This document shows positions 28,731-37,458 of a stretch of DNA of 64,000 nt, in pieces. The DNA lies in contig JBKHIT010000006.1 of the NCBI GenBank assembly GCA_046538485.1, positions 32,001 through 96,000 on the forward strand, read 5' to 3'. How positions within the stretch are numbered: the first letter of the stretch is position 1; every line of letters begins with the position of its first letter. A model generated the notes under the pieces. The model did no database searches and was not told where the DNA came from. It saw only the letters and a list, made by a program, of their open reading frames with translations. This stretch comes from Candidatus Brocadiia bacterium. Lineage in GTDB: Bacteria > Planctomycetota > Brocadiia > SM23-32. The position numbers were made by a program, and so were the translations under genes.

Positions 28731-30695
28731 TCATTTCTTCCCACCCCTCACCCTCAACATCTCCGCAATTGCCCGATCCGCCGCTTCGGCGGCTCTGCAT
28801 GTTTCGGGACTGCATCCCGGTTTCCAGAGTTTCCCGTCGTGCTGGTAAGCCCCGATGTCAGGCTTCTCACCGGAAAATGCCCCCGTGATCCCCGGCACAA
28901 CTCGTCCGGCGTTCACCAGCGGCGAATCCTCCATCGGGCGAAAATCACAGTTTTCAACATTCCGCAGCATGGGATCGCAGCCGCTCAGATTGCAGTTTCG
29001 TTTGCCACCGGGCAGGGCTTCTTCGTGCCAGTTCGGTCGACCGCCTTTGATAACGGCGAAATTATTGTAGGCTTCCGATTTCTGGTTCTGTTCGTCCAGC
29101 AGAGGCCATTGTTTTCGACGCCACGGTTTCTCCGGCTCCGCCGCGCTGTCAAGACGAATATCCCCGAACCCCTGGCCCGTCCCGTTGTCGAAACAGGTGT
29201 TATGATGGACCTGATTTTCATTCCCTTTGCAAATTATACCTTCCCATCCGCAATCCCAGACGACGTTGTGATGGATCGTCAGGCCGCGTGTCTGGTCATC
29301 TCCCCGGATACCCAGCGCGATGTGAGGCGAATGACAGCTGTGAACCCAGTTGTAGCGGAAAACGGTGCCACGGATCAGCGGCAACTGTGTGTAGAGCAGC
29401 GAGACATCCTTGCAAGCTTTCCCGCCATCGTGGATATGGCAAAGCTCCACCGTGTTCGTCGGCATGTGCCCCACATGAACCAGACAGTTTCCACCGTCAA
29501 AAACTTCGCAACGACGCACCACGCCGTGGCCTTCACTCTCTTCATCAGACCCTTTCGAAGAAAGCCTGATACCCGCAAAACGCAACGATCCATTCCAGCA
29601 AACATCCTGGACCAGACAATCTTCCACCAGCGAATGAGCGCCAAGGATCTCCAGACCCGCCATGCTGCTCCGTTTCAGACTGCACCCGCGAATGACATGA
29701 TCGCGGCCAGTCATAGTTGTCGCTGTCAGGACATTCAGGGCCTGCGGAGGTCTATCGCCACCGGGGTCGGGGAAAAACCGTCCGAAAGTCGGGTACCGCA
29801 GATGGCAATTTTCGACAAATCCGTGCGCGCAATCGCGGAATCGGAAGCTCGTACCGAGGAAACAAAAACCCGACAGCTGCACGTGGTCGGCGGTGACGTC
29901 GAACGCCAGCGGACGGCATTTAACCTCGATCTTCACATCGTTTGGGTCGGCGCCTTCAGGTGGCCAGAAATAAAGGATATTAGTCTCCCGATCGAGCACC
30001 CACTCGCCCGGTTCGGTGAGAAATTCCAATTTTCCGAACAGACAATACCGGGGGGCGTTTTCCCCTTCGGGCTGAGGCCACTCGTCCCGCTGTTCCCAGG
30101 CCGCCAGTCCCTGGAGATTCGCGTCGTATCGAAACGTCGCATCGCCCGCTTCGTGCCGGGTAACACGCCGCGACCAGGCATAAAACTGATGCGCGACGCT
30201 GAGCCACGCCACCGCGCCGGTCGCATCGATACCCATCTCTGCCAGTTCCGGATCGGTCACCCACCCGTGTCCCGTCTTCTCGGCTGCAGCCCAGTGTTCA
30301 CGGTCCACAAGCCGGTTGGCTCCCGGGCCAGGCCAGCGCGCCTCCGCCATCATTTTCGGTCCCACGAAAAGTTGCTCGAAAGGTTCATCGATTGTCGTCT
30401 TCCAGATATCGTCAGTATGTTTTTCCCATTGGGCGCTAAGCGGTTCGTTCCCGGTCAGGACCACCGTCTCGCCATTGGCAGTCTGGAACCGGATCGGACG
30501 CTCCGTTTCGCCGCCGCCCGAAACCTCGACCGTCTCCCGGTAAAGCCCCTCATGCACAATGCAGGTATCGCCGGGGGTCATGATTTCAGCCGCTTGCTGA
30601 ATGCGGCTGAAAGGATCTTCTTTGGTTCCAGACGCCGCATCGTCGCCCTGCGGAGACACGTAAAAGGTTTTCTGGTCTTTCCCTTCAGAACCCAT
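28731..30695 (-). CDS. right-handed parallel beta-helix repeat protein (polysaccharide lyase/hydrolase-like)
   Basis: FYVSPQGDDAASGTKEDPFSRIQQAA..PGDTCIVHEGLYRE; EARWP; PGEW; repeated NWVH/HHNVVW/HHNT coils; DFRP..SPLVNAG..PDIGAY. Confidence 0.82.
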   Translation of the reverse strand: MGSEGKDQKTFYVSPQGDDAASGTKEDPFSRIQQAAEIMTPGDTCIVHEGLYRETVEVSGGGETERPIRFQTANGETVVLTGNEPLSAQWEKHTDDIWKTTIDEPFEQLFVGPKMMAEARWPGPGANRLVDREHWAAAEKTGHGWVTDPELAEMGIDATGAVAWLSVAHQFYAWSRRVTRHEAGDATFRYDANLQGLAAWEQRDEWPQPEGENAPRYCLFGKLEFLTEPGEWVLDRETNILYFWPPEGADPNDVKIEVKCRPLAFDVTADHVQLSGFCFLGTSFRFRDCAHGFVENCHLRYPTFGRFFPDPGGDRPPQALNVLTATTMTGRDHVIRGCSLKRSSMAGLEILGAHSLVEDCLVQDVCWNGSLRFAGIRLSSKGSDEESEGHGVVRRCEVFDGGNCLVHVGHMPTNTVELCHIHDGGKACKDVSLLYTQLPLIRGTVFRYNWVHSCHSPHIALGIRGDDQTRGLTIHHNVVWDCGWEGIICKGNENQVHHNTCFDNGTGQGFGDIRLDSAAEPEKPWRRKQWPLLDEQNQKSEAYNNFAVIKGGRPNWHEEALPGGKRNCNLSGCDPMLRNVENCDFRPMEDSPLVNAGRVVPGITGAFSGEKPDIGAYQHDGKLWKPGCSPETCRAAEAADRAIAEMLRVRGGKK

Positions 30696-30904
30696 ATCAG
30701 ATTTCCCTTCAAAAATAACGAAGCGGAACGGACCAGCACCTTAACGGTTCTAATGTGCCCTGTCACGCAGGATTCTCTGCCCAACCTCTCCACCAGGTCC
30801 ACTCAGACCACTGTTTTTGGGCCGAAGGGACTTAAGGGACAGAAGTGACTTGGGGTTGTGAGCGTTGTCCTGTTTGCATTGCACCGGAGGGCCCAAAAAA
30901 CAGC

Positions 30905-30933
30905 TTGACAACCCACGGACCGCCGATTATCAT
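30905..30933 (+). promoter_or_regulatory. putative sigma70 promoter of the GntR operon
   Basis: TTGACA (30905-30910)-N17-TATCAT (30928-30933), ~75 nt upstream of ATG 31007. Confidence 0.65.
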
Positions 30934-31006
30934 CTACCTTAGTTTATTGTGCTCTATCTGTTTGTATACTTTTCGACGGTTTGTTAGGGGGAAGATATCG
31001 GGAGCA

Positions 31007-32113
31007 ATGGGTTCAATGAACAAGACAAACGAACTCGGTCGAGTCACGCGAGGCGCTGTCGCGGACGCATTGCGTTCGGCAATTGTTGACGGGGAGTTCC
31101 CGCCAGGTTGCAAACTCCCGCCCCGGGAGAATCTCATCGAGCGTACAGGCGCCAGCCGGCTCACGGTCCAGCGGGGAATTGATCAGCTCAGAGACGAAGG
31201 GTTTGTCCGGGCCCACCGCGGCGTCGGCACATTCGTCACCGATAACCCGCCCCACCAGTTTCATTTCGGGATCGTCTTCAGCGGTCACCCCGAGCAGGAC
31301 GGCCAGTGGGACTCCCGCTACCGGCAGGTCGTCCACCGCGAATCGGTCGCCCTCGCCCGCGAAACCGACCCCCTTCAGGTCCATGTCTTCTACGACGTCT
31401 CCCCGGATCCTCCCAGCGAATCCTATGAGAAACTGCTCGACGATGTCGATGCCAACCGGCTGGCCGGCCTGATATTCCCGACAGCTCCCGAGAAATTCTC
31501 CGACAGTCCCCTGCTGCGAAGCTCAAACGTCACGGTGGTCAGTTTTCAGAGCCGACGTCCCTGGCTGCCCGGAGTCCTGGCCGTGGGACCGGACCAGCAT
31601 TCTTTTGTCGAACGCGCCCTGGAACGTCTCGCCGGCGAAAACATCAAATCCACGGCTTTCCTTGTGACACCCGGCTTTCTCACGCAGGTTAATCAAGAAA
31701 AAGTCCGTTATCTGATTCAAAGTGCCGACCAATACGACATTCAGTGCAGACCCGAATGGGTCCAGTTCGTCAGCCCCCGCGTTCAGTTCGGCGTCACCAC
31801 CTCCATGCGATTGCTAATGTCGTCTGATTACCCGGAACGCCCGGAAGGCGTGATCGTTGCCGACGACCATCTCATCACCCCCGCCTGCCGGGGACTCCGC
31901 GATGTCGGCCTGACCGTCGGGCAGGACGTTCAAGTGATTGGATACGCCAATTTCCCGGATCCCAATCCGCCCGACCCTGATGTGATACGCCTGGGGTTCA
32001 ACATCCGCGCTCTGCTCAAAGAAGCTCTCAACCTGATGGACAACCAGCGCCGCGGTAAAACCCCCCCGGAGATGTCGCTTGGGAGAGCGGTTTTTGAAGA
32101 TGAATTACATTGA
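31007..32113 (+). CDS. GntR-family transcriptional regulator with LacI-type sensor domain (paralog of 5768-6904)
   Basis: GEFPPGCKLPPRE...SRLTVQRGIDQLRDEGFV..GVGTFV; shares PPH, RLAG, WVQFV, RPEG.IV.DD, ANFP, RLGF and AVFE with 5768-6904; start 31007 or 31016. Confidence 0.88.
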   Translation: MGSMNKTNELGRVTRGAVADALRSAIVDGEFPPGCKLPPRENLIERTGASRLTVQRGIDQLRDEGFVRAHRGVGTFVTDNPPHQFHFGIVFSGHPEQDGQWDSRYRQVVHRESVALARETDPLQVHVFYDVSPDPPSESYEKLLDDVDANRLAGLIFPTAPEKFSDSPLLRSSNVTVVSFQSRRPWLPGVLAVGPDQHSFVERALERLAGENIKSTAFLVTPGFLTQVNQEKVRYLIQSADQYDIQCRPEWVQFVSPRVQFGVTTSMRLLMSSDYPERPEGVIVADDHLITPACRGLRDVGLTVGQDVQVIGYANFPDPNPPDPDVIRLGFNIRALLKEALNLMDNQRRGKTPPEMSLGRAVFEDELH

Positions 32114-32159
32114 ACGGTTCACTGTCTCTTTCGTCGCCATCCAGGAGAAAAAGGAACGC

Positions 32160-35100
32160 ATGAAAATCAGAAAAGTTACCATCCCGATCGCTTTGCTTCT
32201 CGTTCTCATCGCCGCGCGCGCAGACGCCCAGACGGCCAAAAAGAAAAAAGAAGCGGTCATCCCCGATTTCAACATCCCCCGAATCCAGAAGAAACCCGCA
32301 ATCGACGGGCGGATCCACGAAGATGAATGGAGCCAGGCCGTGCGGCTCACGGGTGTGGTCCAGACGGGCAAGCGGCGTTTCCGGGAACGACCCGTCATTT
32401 TCTGGGTCGCATGGGACCCGCAGCACCTCTATATCGCCGCCCGATCCGATATCCTCCCGGGCCACCGGCTCTGGAAAGGGAAACGGAAAAAGTACACCAC
32501 CGGTGTCGTATACGACGACTCTTACGAATACGGACTCTACCTCCACGGGCGCAACCGCCAGGAAGGTGAAGCGCTCTCGTTCATGAAATTCATCATCAAC
32601 TCCCTCGGCGCCGGCGAGTACATGAAAGTCTATCCGTCCATCGGGCAGAACATGTTCAACTGGCGCCCCACCATGGATATCGCCAACAATATCTACGAAA
32701 AGGACGGCAAAAAATGGTGGGATCAGGAAATTGCGATGGATCTCGACGACCTGCAGATGCCGCGGAAGCACAAAGCCGGCGACAAGATCGATATGTTGCT
32801 GGCCGCTGACCTTAAGAACCCCGGCTGGCAGTGGCTCGATATCTACTCCGCCTCCGGCCACCTCGAACATCACGGGTTTCCCCGTGGTGTGTTCACGGAA
32901 AAGGAGCCGTACGTGCACGTCCATGAGTTGAGCGGTCTGCACGACAAGAAACTCAATTTCCACATCACAATCCACAACCCGTCCGATAAAGCCCAAAAAG
33001 TGAACCTCCGGGCCCGCGTCGTGCATGGTCCCAAAGGTCAGGTCGGACCCGGCACACCGGCCGAAAAAGAAGAAAACGTCAAAGTTGCCTTCAAAAAGAC
33101 CGAAACAATCACCGTGCCTGCCAGCGGCAAGATCGAATTCAAAACCAAAAAAGATCTCTCCGGGCTAAGCTACGACAAACAGAAAAAACAGTGGGCCCAG
33201 GGGATCCTCTCCGCTTTCCATGTCAACATCACTCCGGCCGGCCGACCCGACGCTAAACCGATTTACGAATACAACGTCCTGTTCCGGCCCCGCAAAAAAA
33301 GCTACCTGAACGCAAAACCCCGGACGGTCGATTTCATGACCGGACGGAAGTTCAATCCCGCCCGGAACAAACTGTTCCTCACCGGCGACACTCTCGATGC
33401 TAAGATCCCCGAGGGGACCGAGCCAGCCGCGATGACCTACAGAGTGATGCGCGCCGATGAACCCAAGAAAATCATCGCCGAGGGGCGCTCCGAAACCTAT
33501 GCCTATTACCGCTACGAAAAACTGCTCGACCTCGGCGATCTCAAACCGGGCAAATACAAAGTCCGCCTGGCGCTGATCGACAAAAACGGCAAAGAACTCA
33601 TCAGCAAGACGGGCATGGGTTTCCAGAAAAAGGATGAGGCGAAAGCGTTCGCCAAATGGTGGGACAACGATATCGGGAACACCCACCGACTTTTGAAACC
33701 TTTCGAAGCGCTCACGGTTGAGTCGGAAAACGGAACCGTCATCTCCCCCACCCGACGCCGCTATCATCTCGATGCCCTCGGGATGCCCCGTCAGATCGAG
33801 TCAAACGCCGGGAACGTCCTGAGCGCACCCGCCCGGATCGTCCTGCAAATCGACCGCAAAACGGTCCGCGTTCCGACCAATGGCAAACTGACGATAAAAG
33901 ACAAAAAATCCTGGCGCGTCGATTTTGAGAGCGAATCGCCGGTCTCCGCAGCTGGAGTCGAATTCTCGGTTACGGGTCACATGGAGCAGGACGGCATGGT
34001 CTTCTTGCATCTGACCTACGCCCCGGAAGACGACCCTGTCCGAATCGAAAGCCTGCGACTGGAATTTCCGCTCGATGACAGTCTCGGGCTCCACATGGCC
34101 TGCATGGGCAAAGGGAATTATTGTCCCCGCACGATTGGCCGCGTGCCGGACGGCGAGGGTCAGGTCTGGAGCACAAAAGACGATATCGGACTCGGAGGGA
34201 CCGGAATGACCGTCGGCAGTTTCATGTCCAATCTGTGGGTTGGAACCGAGAAACGGGGACTGCTCTGGGCCGGCAACACGGATCGCGGCTGGATGCCGAA
34301 GAACGAAATCACCGCCCATGCTCTCGTGCGCGAGGACAATACCGTCATTTTGCGTAACAACATCATCGGCACACCGGAGGACGGGGAACCGTTCGAGCTG
34401 ACTGAACCCCGCACGATCCATTTCGAATACAACGCCTCCCCTTTCCGCAAAATGATCCCCGGATGGCGGATCAATCAGGTTTCATCTGCGAACGGTTTCT
34501 TCAGAAAACCGAAATACAAGATCAACTGGGACACCGAAAAAACGTATTTCACCGTCCTCAGCCCGCCCTTCAAAGATACCGGCCGATGGCCGGAATACTG
34601 GGCGCATTGCAAAGAGGTTGCCGAAAAGCAGCTCAGAAGTCTCACCTACAAGATCAGGAACCGTCTCCGCCCGTATCTCAACAACCAGATTGCGCTCCGC
34701 GGGTACGGGAAAAAATCGCTCGAACCCGGCCCCTACAGCTATTTCGGCGGAGACTGGTCCGGCGATACGCTCTCGAAAACCCAGCGCGATTACTTCATCT
34801 GGCTGCAGAACGAACATATCACGAAAGGCGGCGTCACCCATTTCTACTACGACATTTCAATGGTTTCGTTCAAATACACCAACCCCGCGGCCGGGCTCGG
34901 ATACCGTCTGCCCAACGGTCGTCTGCAACCGGAATACGGCGACCAGAACCTGCGGGACTGGTACAGGCGCGTCTGGGCACAGATGCAGGAAACCGGCAAC
35001 TATCCCGGCGGTGTGAGCGGACACGCCACAAACTCCATCTGCCTGAAAGCCCTGTCCTTTTCAGACGCCATTCTGGACTCCGAATACCCCATGCAGGATC

Positions 35101-36155
35101 CGATCGATGTCTTCCCCAGCGATCGGATGATCGCCCTCTCCTGTTCCCATAATTTCGGCACCACCATCAGCCATCTCGGCGACATGAACGCCCATTGGGC
35201 TGCGATGCACGACGCCAATAGCGGTGGAAGCGGGTATCCCTTCTCCTCAAAGACGTTCAAACTGTGGGGAATCGCCCGGGACGACGTCGAGTTCATCCCC
35301 TACTGGCGCAACGACCATGTGGTCGAGGCGATTACGGACGGACTTCTGGTCAGCATGTGGAGACGCCCCGAAACCGTGGTGCTTGCCTTCACAAATTACG
35401 GGGACGGTCCAGGATCTCCCGAAAGAACACGCCCGGTCAAACTCGATCTCAACCTGAAAGCACTGGGAATCCCGGAAGGTTTGGAGGGCAAGCGTCTCCG
35501 CATCGGCACATTCATCGACGATCGTATCATCGATCAGGAACTGGGGACTCTCGAGTGGGTGAAAAAGGAACCCGAGCAACCGCACCCCCGCTGGGGCAAA
35601 CGGAAGATGGTCAAACTCCGCGATCCCATCTCCCCGAAAATCAACCCGAACACAGGCGTCATTGATGGTTTCGATCTTCATTTTCACGATACCCGGTATG
35701 TCGTACTGCATTGGGAAAATAAGCCGATCAAGGAAACACGCCTGAAGGAACTCGCGGAGGATGATCAAACCCGTCGCCGGCTTTTGAACTGGGGGGTCAA
35801 CGGTGCCGCCTCGCTCTCGCCGGAGAATATGGCGAAATGTATCAAGGGAGAACCCGATGATCTCAAAATAAAAGTTTATACAAAGCGCGGTGCTGTGCTC
35901 CTTCACCTCGAAAACACCGGCGCAGAAGAATCCCATGTTAAATTGTCCATCGATCAGAATGCGCTGGACGTCGAACCAAAGCTCTTCAAACATTTCCTGA
36001 CCATCGACGGTGCTCGGGCGGTCACGAGTTTTGGAGGTGCAAAAGTCAAACGTTCGTACCGTCGTGGAGTCGCCCTTTACAATGGACTGACCGGCCAGCT
36101 CAAAGCCAAATTCAAACCCGGTCAGACACGGATTATTACGGTGAACAAATTTTAG
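32160..36155 (+). CDS. large secreted carbohydrate-active protein (CBM9-like N-terminal domain + putative glycoside hydrolase domain)
   Basis: Signal peptide MKIRKVTIPIALLLVLIAARADA; PAIDGRIHEDEW and VAWDPQHLYIA (CBM9/DOMON-like); central EQDG, ERG-like LLW; HFYYD and FIPYW in a barrel-like region. Confidence 0.6.
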   Translation: MKIRKVTIPIALLLVLIAARADAQTAKKKKEAVIPDFNIPRIQKKPAIDGRIHEDEWSQAVRLTGVVQTGKRRFRERPVIFWVAWDPQHLYIAARSDILPGHRLWKGKRKKYTTGVVYDDSYEYGLYLHGRNRQEGEALSFMKFIINSLGAGEYMKVYPSIGQNMFNWRPTMDIANNIYEKDGKKWWDQEIAMDLDDLQMPRKHKAGDKIDMLLAADLKNPGWQWLDIYSASGHLEHHGFPRGVFTEKEPYVHVHELSGLHDKKLNFHITIHNPSDKAQKVNLRARVVHGPKGQVGPGTPAEKEENVKVAFKKTETITVPASGKIEFKTKKDLSGLSYDKQKKQWAQGILSAFHVNITPAGRPDAKPIYEYNVLFRPRKKSYLNAKPRTVDFMTGRKFNPARNKLFLTGDTLDAKIPEGTEPAAMTYRVMRADEPKKIIAEGRSETYAYYRYEKLLDLGDLKPGKYKVRLALIDKNGKELISKTGMGFQKKDEAKAFAKWWDNDIGNTHRLLKPFEALTVESENGTVISPTRRRYHLDALGMPRQIESNAGNVLSAPARIVLQIDRKTVRVPTNGKLTIKDKKSWRVDFESESPVSAAGVEFSVTGHMEQDGMVFLHLTYAPEDDPVRIESLRLEFPLDDSLGLHMACMGKGNYCPRTIGRVPDGEGQVWSTKDDIGLGGTGMTVGSFMSNLWVGTEKRGLLWAGNTDRGWMPKNEITAHALVREDNTVILRNNIIGTPEDGEPFELTEPRTIHFEYNASPFRKMIPGWRINQVSSANGFFRKPKYKINWDTEKTYFTVLSPPFKDTGRWPEYWAHCKEVAEKQLRSLTYKIRNRLRPYLNNQIALRGYGKKSLEPGPYSYFGGDWSGDTLSKTQRDYFIWLQNEHITKGGVTHFYYDISMVSFKYTNPAAGLGYRLPNGRLQPEYGDQNLRDWYRRVWAQMQETGNYPGGVSGHATNSICLKALSFSDAILDSEYPMQDPIDVFPSDRMIALSCSHNFGTTISHLGDMNAHWAAMHDANSGGSGYPFSSKTFKLWGIARDDVEFIPYWRNDHVVEAITDGLLVSMWRRPETVVLAFTNYGDGPGSPERTRPVKLDLNLKALGIPEGLEGKRLRIGTFIDDRIIDQELGTLEWVKKEPEQPHPRWGKRKMVKLRDPISPKINPNTGVIDGFDLHFHDTRYVVLHWENKPIKETRLKELAEDDQTRRRLLNWGVNGAASLSPENMAKCIKGEPDDLKIKVYTKRGAVLLHLENTGAEESHVKLSIDQNALDVEPKLFKHFLTIDGARAVTSFGGAKVKRSYRRGVALYNGLTGQLKAKFKPGQTRIITVNKF

Positions 36156-36411
36156 TGGCGCTTATCAAAGGCAAAAATCTGAATATGCCGTCAAAGAAGC
36201 ACAAAACTCCAGCAAAAGCGTTAACCGGACTCATCACAAGGCATCATCGGTCCCCCGGCTCCATCCCACCGACAACACCCCCACCTCCCGGGGATGGTCG
36301 CCGCAGCACTGAGACACCCCGACACCGAGTCCCTTTAGTCCCTTCCGTCCCTCCAAATACCCGCCAGCGAAATGATAAGGTAATATTTCAATAATAACGG
36401 GGAGGAACAAA

Positions 36412-37389
36412 GTGAAACCATACCGCAACAAATCAAACCCGGCGGGCTTCACCCTGATCGAACTGCTCGTGGTGATTGCCATCATCGCGATTCTGGCCGC
36501 CATGCTGATGCCGGCGCTTGAGAGCGCTCGCGAGAGGGCGCGGCAGATTACGTGCCTGGCCAACCAGAAACAGCTGTACCTGGGAGTCAGCATGTATGCC
36601 AACGATAACAGTGCCCTCCTGCCCTCCTATTACCGGCGCCCAAGCGGGGGCAATTGGATCAACGGCTACTGGGCCGTCCAGACAAGCGACTCGGGACCGT
36701 TTAACTACTACAGTTTCGGGCTTGTCGCCAAACAGGGCTACATCTCACCCGGCAATCTGAAAGACGGCGGCGTGCTGGTCTGCCCCGAATACAAACCTCT
36801 CGACTACGGTTTCGGCGGATCCCATTGTATCGATCTCTACAAACCCGGCGGCTGGCCGTGGGGTTCGCTCGCAGATAAATGGGTTCTCCCCGAGGTCCTG
36901 GATGGTAACAACAGCAATGACTGGTGGATCGAACATTACACCGGCCCGTATCAACTCGCAAGCATGCTGTATTGCCGCGAGGGATGGACATACCCCAACC
37001 ATGACAGCACCCATTCCCAGAGAGATCGCTTCCGCGAAAAACCCCTTCTTGGCAACAAAGGTGTCCCGGGGCCTACCGAACAACCGGACGAATCTATGTA
37101 CGAACGCCACAACGTAACGAGCCTGATTCAGTGTTCCTACTACGGCATCCACGCGCACGTTTCCGAAGGTGAAGCGACGATTCACCGACCGGACGATCCC
37201 GGGGCGCATCAGAAACGCGGCTGGAACAGCATCTACATCGACGGTCATGGCCGCTGGGTCCCGATGCCACAGGATCTACTGTCGGCCTGGATCAGCGGCA
37301 CATCCCGCTGTTATTCTTACGGCAACACCCAGTTCCAGCGCCACAGCGGTTTCTGGACCTACGCCACCTATTATGACAGAGAACACTGA
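36412..37389 (+). CDS. prepilin-type N-terminal cleavage/methylation (DUF1559-like) protein with H-X9-DG-type motif
   Basis: [65 protein letters not shown] start after GGAGGA. Confidence 0.9.
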   Translation: MKPYRNKSNPAGFTLIELLVVIAIIAILAAMLMPALESARERARQITCLANQKQLYLGVSMYANDNSALLPSYYRRPSGGNWINGYWAVQTSDSGPFNYYSFGLVAKQGYISPGNLKDGGVLVCPEYKPLDYGFGGSHCIDLYKPGGWPWGSLADKWVLPEVLDGNNSNDWWIEHYTGPYQLASMLYCREGWTYPNHDSTHSQRDRFREKPLLGNKGVPGPTEQPDESMYERHNVTSLIQCSYYGIHAHVSEGEATIHRPDDPGAHQKRGWNSIYIDGHGRWVPMPQDLLSAWISGTSRCYSYGNTQFQRHSGFWTYATYYDREH

Positions 37390-37420
37390 CCTCCCGCTCG
37401 CAGAGTCACCCGCAGGAGAT

Positions 37421-37458
37421 GGCGAAAGGACGGAAGGGACTTAAGAGACATAAGGGAC
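37421..37458. repeat. 9-nt-period short tandem repeat (AAGGGAC core), copy 2
   Basis: GGCGAAAGGACGGAAGGGACTTAAGAGACATAAGGGAC between convergent genes. Confidence 0.85.

Noticed and set aside
28512..30848. 778-aa plus-strand ORF
   Set aside because: Antisense shadow of the beta-helix gene 28731-30695; no recognisable motifs, and it begins inside repeat B.
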